64,000 nt of DNA from Naegleria gruberi (GCA_000004985.1 GG738879.1), one strand, 5' to 3'; counted from the stretch's first letter, positions 24,632 through 35,461 are shown. Numbers and translations are program-made. The notes: a model not told the origin generated them from the sequence alone.

Positions 24632-25252
24632 TTATAGCTCGAATAAAGATTGCCATAATGATTTTGGTTGTGTCTTGTAAATCTCATTAGATTGTTTCTT
24701 CCTTTTTCGAGATTCTTCTTGTGATTGAGATGAAAATTTAGAATTTGTTTGGGTATGAGATAAACTAATCATTGGGGTATTATCATTCCACTTGGAGTTG
24801 ACAATTTCAAATTTTCTCTTTTGATTTCGTTTATCTAAAAGTGTTGATCCTGGAAATACACTAGATGAAATTCCCTCCGATACAGTGAGAGCAGCAACTT
24901 GTGGAGGTACATCATGTATTGCTTTTCTCTGTATTGGTTTATCTTTTTTTACATTAAAATTTGTATCGGCCCATTCCAAACCTCCACCACTTCTCTCTAT
25001 ACTTGAAGCCACTGATGTTGTTGGGCTTGAAGCCAATATAATTTCTTGTTCCTCATCCTCATCATCATTTAAATAATTATTTACAGGTCGTTCCAAAAAC
25101 ATGAAGGATTTACTCTTTGTGAGTACACCTTTACGATCCGAATTGGCTGTTTTACTTCTTTTTACATTTTGGTTTTGTTTTTTGACTTGTCCAATACTTG
25201 GTGGTTCACTGTAGCGAGAAACACCACATAACGTAGAGTAGAGATTAGGCAT
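24632..25252 (-). CDS. hypothetical low-complexity (Ser/Lys/Asn-rich) protein
   Basis: ATG at 25252 (aaaaaaaATGcct). 206 codons, no TM segment and no domain. Basic C-terminal KRKKQSNEIYK. Confidence 0.35.
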   Translation of the reverse strand: MPNLYSTLCGVSRYSEPPSIGQVKKQNQNVKRSKTANSDRKGVLTKSKSFMFLERPVNNYLNDDEDEEQEIILASSPTTSVASSIERSGGGLEWADTNFNVKKDKPIQRKAIHDVPPQVAALTVSEGISSSVFPGSTLLDKRNQKRKFEIVNSKWNDNTPMISLSHTQTNSKFSSQSQEESRKRKKQSNEIYKTQPKSLWQSLFEL

Positions 25253-25573
25253 TTTTTTTGATAATTATTTGAAATTCAAAATTATTAATTATTTCTTCCA
25301 ATTTAAACAATCAGTAAGCAAATATCGTCCTCTGTAATTGGTCTCCAACCATGTTCAATGAGATTAAAACTGACTGAGAAATTAATTGAAAATACTTGAG
25401 GGAAATAAAAGTTGTATTGCCAACTAACTGATTTGTTGTCAGTGTGTTTGCCAATCAATCATGAAAACTTTCTTGAATTCCATTTTGTGATATTTTATTA
25501 CAATATATAGCTTACAAATACGATAAACAGATTGGAATTATTGCTAAATTGCAATTAAATGTTTCTGAAATAT

Positions 25574-26966
25574 TTACAATTCCCAATCATCATCACTTTC
25601 CTCATCTTCACTGGAATATTCAATATTACCACGACGAAGTTCCATAATACCTGCAATCTTGGCTGCCAAATTGTTTTGATCACTTTCAGCCATATTCTTG
25701 AATTCTGGTAAATCTTCTTGCTTTACATTTCTCAATTTCTTATTTTTAATTTCAGAAAGCATGTCAACACCACCTGAGGCACCACTATCAGAATCAGTTG
25801 TTGGACTTGCAACAGATACTCTAGGCTTAACAGAGTGATCGACAACTGGTGGAGGAGGAACATTGGTTGGTGGAGGAGGTACAAAACCACCAACTCCAAT
25901 GGCACTTGAGCCAGAAGGAGCATTTGAGCTAGCTCCCTTGAAAGGAGGTGGTGGAGGGGTTGATCTAGTTCCTGGGGTTGGTGGAGGTTGTGGTCTTCCA
26001 CTTGGAACATCCAAAGAAGGAGGTGGGGGAGCATCTGATGTGACAGTGACAAGTGTCTTCATTAAAAATTTGGCAGTTTTCTTATCTTTCAATTCAGCTT
26101 CTGAAATGCCTGCCTTCTCAAATATGGTTTTTAGCTCTTGGGGTATTTCTGTAAATCCACTTTTTGGATCAAAACCAATGTGTGAAACGTGTTTAAACTT
26201 GTCAACCTTTGGTCCAGAAATTTTGATTTGTGACCGGTCAGGAATTTGGTCCTTATTCTTTGTTCCGAAAATCTTGGAGAATAAACCACCTCCACTACTG
26301 CTACTACCTCCACTACTGCTATTGCTAGGAGTGTGTTTCTTTTCAGGTTCCTTATGGGAAGAAGTAGTATGTACAGAGCTACTGGCAGCAATTGAAGTAT
26401 TGACAGCTGTTGGCTTGTTAGCAACTGGTGGAGGAGTGGATGGAGGAGGATTAGTCTTCTTCACTGGAGTAGGTGGGGCAGTACTGGAACCAGTACCAGT
26501 TGGTGAAGAAGAAGAAGAATCAGAACTGTCACTTCTCATATTAACAGAAGGTTTAGTTGAAGGCAAACTTGGAGTTGAACCACCATTGATAGAACCAGTT
26601 GCTTTCAAACGAATGAGTTGACAAACTTGCTTGGCAAATTGATCAGCATCAAATCTTTCAGCAAATAACAATCCAACAAAACCTTCATCAGATTCGAATG
26701 CATGAAAATTGGAAGAAAGTGTTTGATAGTCGAAACCTTCATAACATTCTTGTTCCATAGTAACTGATTTACTCTTCAAATCTACCAACCGAATCATTAC
26801 TACTGATTGCTTTTCAACCAATGTAACTGTCAAAATTCCATAAGAATTGGCATATGACCATTGATTACCATTGTTGGCTTTGTAGAGACGAACTGGTGCA
26901 GAATACTTGATTTCGAAAATGTTTGGTAAAGACAAGACACCTGCAGCGAGTTGTACAGCACGTTTA
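25574..26966 (-). CDS. WASP-family actin nucleation-promoting factor (WH1/EVH1, CRIB/GBD, proline-rich, WH2, acidic tail); main exon, with a short 5' exon unresolved
   Basis: The WH1 region SAPVRLYKANNGNQWSYANSYGILTVTLVEKQSVVMIRLVDLKSKS aligns to Dictyostelium WasA SAVVQLYMALPNSNPSSWSLKYTGVVSFVSD...IRLFDLKTGS. CRIB motif ISGPKVDKFKHVSHIGFDPKSGF, poly-Pro tracts, WH2 LSEIKNKKLRNVKQ and the acidic end SEDEESDDDWEL are all present. The open frame runs upstream to an acceptor at ~26966 (cttgaag|t) with no ATG. One candidate 5' exon is only ATGGA at ~27062-27066, which is speculative. Confidence 0.75.
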
Positions 26967-27321
26967 CTTCAAGTTTGACAAGATTTGGGGAAATTAAAAT
27001 TGTTTTTTTTAAAATTTAAAGTATTTCATCTTTCAATTTTGATTTGGCAAGTAAACTCAACTCCATTTGAAAAGAATCTGTAACGATAATATTTTATTCA
27101 ACAAAATGCTAATTTCTCGATGGAATTAAGGTAGTTTTGAAATCTGACTTCAAATTATGAATCCTCGCATTGACATACCCCTTGGGGTGGCAGCATTCTC
27201 AAAAATATGTAGAAATGAGTAAGAACGAGTTGTTAGGTGTTGTTCTATTGAAATGCTTATTTTGGATTTGACAGCAGAAGAACAACAAAATTTTTTCTAA
27301 ATAATTTATTTTCTTTCAAAA

Positions 27322-27370
27322 AACGCGTCAAATTTGAAGTAAACGTGCTGTAATTCGTCAGGGAGAATGT
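27322..27370 (+). repeat. inverted duplicate of the WASP 5' coding segment (26945-26990)
   Basis: 27-nt near-perfect match gtcaaa(c/t)ttgaagtaaacgtgctgta, and looser similarity for ~40 nt more. It sits on the opposite strand 345 nt away, giving a potential long-stem inverted repeat. Confidence 0.5.
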
Positions 27371-27585
27371 TGATTCTTGTTGTCATTTTTTTTTAACTTT
27401 ATTATATTTTTATTGATGAGTGACGTTTGTTGTTCCTTTGCTATTGTAACCTTTTTGTATCAATCTTTTCAATTTTTATCTTAGAAAAGTAATATTATTC
27501 TTGTTGTCATTTGTTTATTGGGTACGCAACGTTCCTAATTTGCGTTTTTGCGACGAGCTACGTATTTTTAAGGAACAAACAACGA

Positions 27586-27657
27586 TCCCGTGTGGTCCAA
27601 TGGCTAAGATACCTGGCTCTCACCCAGGAGATCCGGGTTCAATTCCCGGCACGGGAG
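27586..27657 (+). tRNA. tRNA-Glu (anticodon CTC)
   Basis: TCCCGTGTGGTCCAATGGCTAAGATACCTGGCTCTCACCCAGGAGATCCGGGTTCAATTCCCGGCACGGGAG. 7-bp acceptor TCCCGTG/CACGGGA; anticodon loop cTCTCAc; T-arm CCGGGTTCAATTCCCGG. Closely matches eukaryotic tRNA-Glu-CTC. Confidence 0.85.
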
Positions 27658-27701
27658 GATTCAATTTTTAGGCAAGATAATGAATAATTTTTTTTAGTTT
27701 A

Positions 27702-29022
27702 TTAGATTTCAGTTCTTGTCTTATTAACACTACTCTCCTCACTTGAACTAAATTCTGTCATTTCAATCATTGAAACACTAATGCTAATCTCACACACATC
27801 ATTTGCTTGATGAAGCACCTCTCCAATGGTTGATGATTTTTGTGAAATTTCACTTCCACTTGCGCTGTCAGGTTGTTGAACAGTTTCTGATTTTGCAATT
27901 TCTTCTTTCGAATTCTCCTTATGAAGCAAGTATTTGAGGAGAAGTCTATTTCTCAAAGAAGACACCAAACTTGCACACATGAAACTCAAACCAAGAACTA
28001 AATAAATACCAAAGAGTACCAAAATTACTGCAAACCAAGGTTTCACATAAAAATTGAGAACTGTATAAGGAAATTCGGAAACTAGACGATTTCTCATACA
28101 TGTGAGCATCCATACAAAGTAAGCACTTGGGAAACACATGATTGTGAACACGTGCCACTTTCTATATTGAAAATTAGACAATAAAAAGTCAATCAAGCTC
28201 AATATTCCAGTCACTCCATGATAAGCCACAGAACTATCACAAATTCATTAACATTTTTCAATGATCATCAAGAAACAACTTACATGTAATCTACTCCATC
28301 TTCCTCCTCTCCCAACCTTGCAAACCAGTAACCAATCGAAACAACCAAAGAAGCCACCAAATTCAACTCTCCAACAATCCATATAATACCAGAGAGTGCT
28401 CTCAATACAATCACCAACCATTTGTTTCTTCTCTTCAACACACTAATAGATTCTGAAGTGAAATTCACAGAGAAATCCCTAAACACAATCAAGTAAAACA
28501 TTCCAAACACGGTTTGAGAGCTGAAATATGTTGTAAATACCATTACCATATGATGGGTAAAATAAGTTGAGGATTTGAGAAGTACATTGTCCGTCTCATA
28601 CTTTCTCATGAACGGATACGAAATGATTGTTCCAATAATCCAACAACAGACTGTAAATCTGAAAATGTACAGAGCAATTGTGATGTACTTGTTGTAGCCA
28701 AATGATTCAAAGACGAATTGTGAAGAGTTTCTCAAGCTGTGTGAATGTTGTGTGTTAAATATTTTAAAATTCAATTCTAATCAACTTACCCATCAAGAAG
28801 TAAATCTTGCTTTCTGATTTCATTAGAGTTAGTGGATTGGTTGTCTGGTTCCTTCTGATCACGGTTCTTTCTCCTAGTGTAAAAGAAACCTTTCACTAGA
28901 AAGAAACCCACCGAAACCATAAAGATGAAAGCAAATGTCATACTGCTCTGTACTAAGAGTAGAGAACTAATTAAATTAGCACCTCTTGTTTCAGAAGATG
29001 AAGGAATTTTATAAGGGTCCAT
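27702..29022 (-). CDS. multi-pass (about 7 TM) membrane protein, 3 exons, approx join(28790..29022,28284..28736,27702..28233)
   Basis: ATG at 29022. Two GTAAGT introns of ~53 and ~50 nt link ORFs 28786..29022, 28280..28774 and 27702..28229 in consistent phase (2, 2). Hydrophobic segments occur throughout, with a hydrophilic Ser/Glu-rich C-terminal tail. Family not assigned. Confidence 0.55.
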
Positions 29023-29669
29023 TATAGAATTGTTTGAATTGTTGTTTTGTTTTTTATGAAATTATCAATTCTTTGGTGTAAACTGTTGGGTTTTATACGA
29101 AACCCAACAACATGTGTTTGTCCATTAGATTCCACAGAAAAAGCAAGGTTTCTGTTCGTACCTGTTTAAAACCATTCAAAAGGAAACCGAATTTGTGTGA
29201 ATTTTGTAAAGTGACTGGTAGTTTTGTTAACAAAACATTACAAAACAGTTCGGTTTCCATAAATAGGTTCATTCTATATTCGCACTGAACCTTTGTTTGC
29301 ATAATCTTCGTAAGTACTTATTCTGTAAATAGCTAGCGAACATTCTGGAATCACTTATTTTGTAAAAAAATTCATTTCAAGGGCGGCAATTTACAAAAAT
29401 CCCTTTCGGCTGTTTAGTCTACCAATTACAGAACTTTCTCTATTAAAAATTATTTATTTCATTGTTATGGTAAGCAGAGCTCAATCACTTGAATATTTTC
29501 GACACATTGTGCATGTGACACTTCATGACGTTTCTATTCGAAAAACGTCCAACTTGCAAACTTACTCAAACAAGCAGCAAGAAAATATTCGTGCCGAAAC
29601 TGAGATTAGGAAACAAAAGAATTGCATATTTTGACTTTACTCAATTGGATGAGTAAGAATTAAGAAACA

Positions 29670-29951
29670 TTATCGTTCCTTCTTTCTAGGAGTTGGTGGA
29701 GTTACCACAATTGGACACGTGCTTATTGAAGTTGCTGTCTCACTATCATCATCATCATCTTCATTACAATTTGGATTTGTCTTCTTGGGTGGCTTTACAA
29801 CATGCATATCTTCAGTTCTCACCATTAGAAATCCATCTTCATCCTCTGGAGTGGAAGCCAATGAATTTGTCTCTTCATTGATTGAATATCTCGAATAGGC
29901 CATAATTGTGTTTGCTTTCTTTTCTGTTAGGAATTGAGAACCCATCATCAT
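29670..29951 (-). CDS. small acidic hypothetical protein
   Basis: 93-codon ORF with a poly-Asp stretch (NEDDDDDSE) and a basic end (PRKKER). Isolated between two clear genes. Weak evidence. Confidence 0.25.
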   Translation of the reverse strand: MMMGSQFLTEKKANTIMAYSRYSINEETNSLASTPEDEDGFLMVRTEDMHVVKPPKKTNPNCNEDDDDDSETATSISTCPIVVTPPTPRKKER

Positions 29952-30429
29952 GATGAATCATTTAAGTGGTTGGAGAGAGAAGTACCTGGTGAGAATCAGA
30001 GTCAGCAGATGTTGATGCTTGTATTATTCTGTGCTTTTTTATAAGTGATAGATGTTGATGTTACAAGTATGTGGGAGGCCTTTGCATTGTTGGCGTTTTC
30101 TACTTGTAGCATATTCATATAAAAATGTGTGTTCTGTATTTGGAGAGAGACATCTACTCAGAATCTCAATACAGTTTCTATCGCTTCTATTTAGTGAGGA
30201 GTCAGTATCTCTCTAAAATTCTCGCTTCATGCAATCATGCATGTCTCTAAGGTTTGGCAAGAATGCTTTTATTTACAAGTGTATTGTACCACTAAGGTAG
30301 TCCATTGCATTTATTTCTTAACAAATCAAGCATCCAGAAGAAGATCCCTCAGAAATGTCCTTTAATGTTTGGTCACTAGAATGGAATGTATTCAGTCAAT
30401 ATATATATGTGTGTTACTACTTTAAAAAC

Positions 30430-31636
30430 TTACATAACAGTTGGGTCTAGTGCTTCTCCATACTCTAGAATGATTCCATCTCTACTCTTGAGAAGGGATG
30501 GAGGTAGTTCAGAGAGTTTCTTGTCTGTCGGCAATTTAACTCCATCAAAATTGAATAAATTCAATCGCTTACTGAGATCCAATTCTGTCGAGTTGTTATT
30601 CTTAACTTTTCCTTGTTCAGCAATTTTATCCAAAACTTTTCCAACTGACCAAGTCTTACTGAAGAACATGTGAATTGGCTGTATTTGATTATTGATTGGG
30701 AAATAAACATCCAAAAAGTATCTATCCTGAGTTGCAATTGAGGATTGACCAACTGGGAATAGAGGTTTGTTCTGGAATTGATTAGATAATAATTTTCCAG
30801 CATCCTTTCTCTGACCTTTCCATTTGTTTGCAGTTATAGGAACAGAGGATCCACTCTTGATATTAAAAGGTCCAATACTTGATGAGCCGCCTGATCTTGA
30901 TTTTTGTTTTTTCAACGAGTCACAATTATGATCGAAATCCAATCTATGTCTATATTAAGAAAGCAAATTAATTCTCCACAAAATCTAATTCAATCACACA
31001 CTTACTCTACACAAAATGATTTGTTACATCCTTTACATTTGATAATTGACTTTTGACCACATCCTCCCAAAGCACACATTTCAGCACTACTAAGAGAAGA
31101 AGTTGGCTGTTTTGATGCATTTTGATTCATTGCTGGACACTTTCCACTGCTAATGTGTCTTTCAACAACATCATTAGGATTCTCTCTTTCACTGGCACGA
31201 AATGGAAGAACCTGATTGCATAGAGGACAAAATGGTGCAACAACTCCTTGTTCTTGCAGATAGGAACATTTGTGAGCATCAAAACTTCTATGCTAAATAT
31301 CAAGATAGTGTTATTATACATTGAATTCCGTAATTATATTTAAAAATTCCGAATTATTAATATACAATTATTTGTTGTATAATATTTCCGATTAATATAC
31401 ATATAATACACAATTACAAATCATCAATTAATAATATTAATATACAACAAAATCCATCATAATACAAAACAACATTCATCATCCAATAAAATCATCATCC
31501 ACCAATACCTTCTACTACTACTACATACATTCAAACAAAATGTCTTTCCACAATGAGTACATTTGAACGGAAGAAAATCCTTCTCATGGCATCCATCAAA
31601 ACAACAATGTGCTCCAAGATCGTAGAATTCAGTCAT
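30430..31636 (-). CDS. AN1-type zinc-finger protein, ZFAND1-like (two AN1 fingers plus a C-terminal ubiquitin-like domain); 3 exons, join(31529..31636,31006..31292,30430..30949)
   Basis: Exon 1 MTEFYDLGAHCCFDGCHEKDFLPFKCTHCGKTFCLN ends at a GTATGT donor. A 236-nt AT-microsatellite intron follows. Exon 2 HRSFDAHKCSYLQ... completes the first AN1 finger (C-x2-C...C-x-C...FC-x2-HR-x5-H-x-C) and contains a second one (CALGGCGQKSIIKCKGCNKSFCVEHRLDFDHNC, split by a 56-nt GTAAGT intron). Phases are consistent with ORF 30430..30942. Confidence 0.75.
31300..31500. repeat. AT-rich microsatellite-like sequence within intron 1 of the AN1 gene
   Basis: Repeated ttaatataca / ataatac units: ...attaatatacaattatttgttgtataatatttccgattaatatacatataatacacaattacaaatcatcaattaataatattaatatacaacaaaatcc... 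Confidence 0.6.
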
Positions 31637-31761
31637 TTTTTTTTCTTAAATGTATTTTAATTTGTATTGACATTTAAAATTTTGTAATCTTTTTTTCATT
31701 ACCTATTTTCAAACAAAAATTACAAGAAATCAATATTGATGATATGATGATTCTCTTTTAA

Positions 31762-32878
31762 TTAAATCATATTTACAGTAAAAACAAAGAAAATTACCAA
31801 AATTACAAGTAAAGGAATGGAAAGAGAACTAGTTCCATTATTGTGTGGAGTTGTGCTGTGGATAGAGTTTGGATTTGGATTTGGAGGATTTGATTTTAAA
31901 GTACCAACAATGGTAATGTATTTGGGATAAAAGTCGTTTTCTCCAATTTCAGGAGTGCAAGCAAGTTTTTGCCAACCAGGGAAGACGGCTGAGCCATATT
32001 TTTGGACGAAACCTTGTTTTTCATCTACAATGTATAAACATTGAAGAGATTGGAAATCAATATCAACTGATTTACCATTCTTATCAACAAATCCTTTAGT
32101 AAGATCAAAACTAAACATAAAATCACGAACAACCATTCTCCCTTGATAAGTTGGAGGAAACATTGGACTAAATGAGAAGGAAACTATTTCAATCATTTGA
32201 CTGGAAGGAAGAGCTATTTGATTAGAAACTAATTGTGCAACATATTCATGGGAAGGATAGGTAAGAGGTCTATTGACAAAAGCACTCAAATACTGATTTA
32301 AATTCTTGTGAATTTCATATTTTAGAGAAGCACGATAGTTGACCAATGTGGAAACTCCAAATTGAGCTGGAATTTCACTCTCAATACCCATAATAGCAAT
32401 CGTATAGACTTTAGTCTGAAGAGGAAAGATCACTTGTTGGGTGAATTGTTCACTTCCTTTTGTAAAATCAATCGGAACAAATGTCTTTTTTTCCATGTCC
32501 ACACCAACAATACACAACTCTTTCGGATTAACATTCAGTATTCCAAATGAAAAGTCATGTGTGAAGGAGAATGAAGCATCATTGGATGGGATGGACAGCC
32601 TTTTGCAAGTCCAATTGAAAAACACCCAACAATTCATATCCATTCAAAGTTGGAGGAATAGAATAGCTTTCGAATATTTTTGAATCTGATAAATCACTAT
32701 ATGTTGCAACACCAGATGTATTGGCTGTGAGGAAGTTATAATAAATCTTGGTGAATGAATCTGTTTGCCATGAGTATTGACCTCCTACAGTGATATTGAA
32801 AGAAACTGAAAAACTTTCACACATGCCAAGGAAACCTAAAGAAACCAAGATTGCAATCAAGAAGAGGTGTTTGCTCAT
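31762..32878 (-). CDS. secreted/type-I membrane protein (signal peptide plus C-terminal TM), with a frame discontinuity at 32579-32643
   Basis: ORF 32579..32878 starts MSKHLFLIAILVSLGFLGMCESF (signal peptide). ORF 31762..32643 continues in the +1 frame and ends with PLLVILVIFFVFTVNMI (TM). The two overlap by 65 nt. No GT..AG of length 3k+1 exists in the overlap, and no GTAAGT-like donor nearby. This is one gene with either a 1-nt indel (error or pseudogene) or an unrecognised splice. Confidence 0.45.
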
Positions 32879-33162
32879 TTTTTAGTTTGAAATCTATCAA
32901 AATAGGCTACAGGACTATTCATCTTAAAAAGGGAGAATGAAACTCCGTGTTCCTTGTGTAATATCTGAAAAAATAGTCGAATCCCTTTGTGTTTCTAATT
33001 AACTACTTGTTTACAATAAAGATTCTAATTTGTAAAGGTTAGATAATAAAATTTTCATGTGTTAAATTTTCATTGTATTGAACTCAATATTAACTGTTGT
33101 AAGAGGTGTTACTATTTCTCTTTCAATAATTTCCAGTTTGGTTTCTAAAAATCCTTCTTACT

Positions 33163-34005
33163 TCATTTTGTTGAAAACTCTTTTTTTACTTGGAACAGTA
33201 GAAAAATCATCAACAATCCACAAATAATCAAATGATTTCTGTTCGATTGTTTGCTCTTTTCATAGATTGGTGGAATTGGCAATTGATAAAAATTCGAAAC
33301 TCTATGATATTGAACTCTATTTTGCAACAATTCAATAAACTTGTGTGGATATCCCTGCGAGTAGAATGCATCTCTAGGAATTAATCCATCACTTTTGAAT
33401 CCTTGATTGACAACCTCTTGTATTTCTGCCTTATATTTTTCAATAGAATTAATAATGGCTTGTTTAGAATTTTCATTGAAATAAAAGACCTGAATAGATT
33501 CTACTGATTCGTATACATCAAAGGCCAGGATATCTATTGTAAAACCAACATCATTGTCCATACTGAGATATACCTCTTGAAGTGAAGTGTCAGTTTCACG
33601 AAGATTTTCCAATTTGAACGGTATCTCCTCTCTTGAAAAGACTTTTGCTTTTTGATTGGTGGAATCAGATATTTCAGATAGCAATACGAATCCTCTATTG
33701 TCAATATCAAAGAACTCCCTACTTCTACCTGTAATTGCTAAATTATTATCATTTCCACCTCTCAATCCAATCATGTAAATCAAACCATCACTCTTCATTC
33801 CTGAATGAAGCTTGGTGAATGCAGAAGGTTCCTTCTGGAATAAACTCTTCCAATCACTATCATCAATTTCCTTGTGATCTATTATTCTTGGTATAGTCCC
33901 GGACATGTTTCTTCTCCATCCTCTCGTTTTCAGCAATTGATAACTCTGAAAATGTTGCTTCTTCAAGCAAGATGCAAATTTGAGGGTGTTTTGTAATTTG
34001 TGCAT
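33163..34005 (-). CDS. hypothetical tail-anchored protein (C-terminal TM)
   Basis: ATG at 34005 (aaaaaaATGcac). Basic, hydroxylated N-terminus (MHKLQNTLKFASCLKKQHFQSYQLLKTRGWRR) that could be an organellar presequence. C-terminal hydrophobic anchor HLIICGLLMIFLLFQV. No domain recognised. Confidence 0.4.
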   Translation of the reverse strand: MHKLQNTLKFASCLKKQHFQSYQLLKTRGWRRNMSGTIPRIIDHKEIDDSDWKSLFQKEPSAFTKLHSGMKSDGLIYMIGLRGGNDNNLAITGRSREFFDIDNRGFVLLSEISDSTNQKAKVFSREEIPFKLENLRETDTSLQEVYLSMDNDVGFTIDILAFDVYESVESIQVFYFNENSKQAIINSIEKYKAEIQEVVNQGFKSDGLIPRDAFYSQGYPHKFIELLQNRVQYHRVSNFYQLPIPPIYEKSKQSNRNHLIICGLLMIFLLFQVKKEFSTK

Positions 34006-34124
34006 TTTTTTGATTTTGTTTTAATTTTCTTAAATTGCAGGATTTAGAAGTAGAAATTTCTTCCATTTTGCTTCTATTATCAGGGTTTAGATTTTATTAT
34101 TGGAATAAATTGAATTCTATCAGT

Positions 34125-35230
34125 TTAAACTGATTGAGTAATACCAAAAGAATCAAAATTATCTGGACATAATTTCGAATAATGTTCAACACCCTTCTCA
34201 AAATCCTCATCACTAATTAACAATTCATCCAACACTTGTTCCAACCCTGTGAAATTATGTCTCAGTCCAATGAACACAATTTCCTGTCGTCGGTCGCCAA
34301 CTCTTTCAACAAAATGTTGTTTAACATTCTCAAAAACTGTCTTTCCATATAACTGGATGGATTCTTCTTCACCTAAAGTATCAAAGAATTTCAGATATCG
34401 TTCAGTGAAAAGAAAATTGAACAATTTTTCAGTATGGAAAGGCTTTCGTCTTCTGTAAACAAAACTGTTGAATCCATATTCGAAAGTTTCTGGGGTTTGC
34501 ATTCCTCTGAGTTCTTTTAACCACCAGGATTGAATGCTGCCTTTTCAAAATCAAATAGTCCAGTATTCAATACTTTGGAAAGATCTAGCTGAGAATTCAC
34601 TGTTTCATACATTGGCGTCTGTTTTTATTATGGATTTAGTTTAGCCATTAAACTCTTAATCTTTTGAACTTCTTCAATTGAAACTAAATCAATCTTATTA
34701 ATGATAATTACATTTGCAAACTCAAATTGATCGATCAAGAGAGGAGCTATATTTCTTCCATCATATTGCGACAATCTATCAACAAACTTTTCCTTCATTG
34801 TCAAGACAGAATTCAAATCATGCATTAAATTTGCAGCATCAACCATAGTAACACAAGAATCTAATCTTGCAAAATCTGAAAGTGTAAACGAATCATCTTC
34901 ATCCAACTCTCCATCTTCATCTTCCACCTGGAATTCAACATATTCGAAGGTGAATGTCTCTGCAACCTGAAGTGGCTCTCCAATACCTGTTGATTAAATA
35001 TCACAATAGTCAAATACTTCAGTTTGAGATAATTCAAAGAGTTCAACCAGCAAATCTTCTCTCAATGTACAACAGATGCACCTGCAATCAAGAATTATTA
35101 CACATGGAATCAAATTACTTCTACCACTTCCTAAGAAACCACTCAACAGAGTAACTGGTATCTTCTTTCTTTTATATTTATCAAAAATGGATTTGCACAG
35201 GCTAGGAGCTTGTGCTGTTTGTTCTCTCCT
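34125..35230 (-). pseudogene. decayed CobW/COG0523 (Zng1/CBWD-like) metallochaperone GTPase gene
   Basis: Clear homology in one reading direction: IPVTLLSGFLGSG (G1 region), CICCT (CxCC motif), FDYCDI, LLIDQFEFANVIIINKIDLV (NKxD region), ETVNSQLDLSKVLN, and the CobW_C domain GWLKELRGMQTPETFEYGFNSFVYRRRKPF. But the P-loop reads GSGRS (Lys replaced by Arg). About 45 residues between the P-loop and CxCC are missing. In-frame TAA codons occur at three places (DI*STG and NP**KQ). There is a 1-nt frameshift at ...FNPGG*/WLKEL. The only nearby ATG (35228-35230) is out of frame. Confidence 0.5.
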
Positions 35231-35461
35231 TAAGATCCATTAAGAATTGTTGTTGTTGTTGTGCTCTTTTTATTCTTTTTATGAATTTAAAACCCGTACC
35301 GCAGAATTAAAAGATTTACGGTGCAATTCTTTGAATTGAATATTCTATGAAGTATAGCAAGGTATTTGTGAGTTAGTACGATTGAAAAGGAGGAATTAAG
35401 GGTGAATGAGAAAACACCAACAATTATATGAACGCCTTAATATTCTTCAAATCTTCTCCAA

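Noticed and set aside
25863-26621. 252-aa Gly/Pro-rich plus-strand ORF
   Set aside because: It is antisense to the proline-rich region of the WASP gene. Low-complexity GC-richer coding sequence opens long spurious ORFs on the opposite strand.
27000-27585. tRNA-targeted retrotransposon (TRE/DGLT-A-like) upstream of tRNA-Glu, and likewise near the other tRNAs
   Set aside because: No ORF with reverse-transcriptase, endonuclease or integrase features occurs in any tRNA flank. Only short inverted or direct repeats are present, and these are reported separately as a low-confidence relic.
34125-35230. Alternative explanation of the in-frame TAA codons in the CobW-like gene as stop-codon reassignment
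   Set aside because: TAA clearly terminates alpha-tubulin, Ras, FNT, TatD and others at conserved C-termini. The same locus also has a frameshift and an internal deletion, so pseudogenisation fits better.
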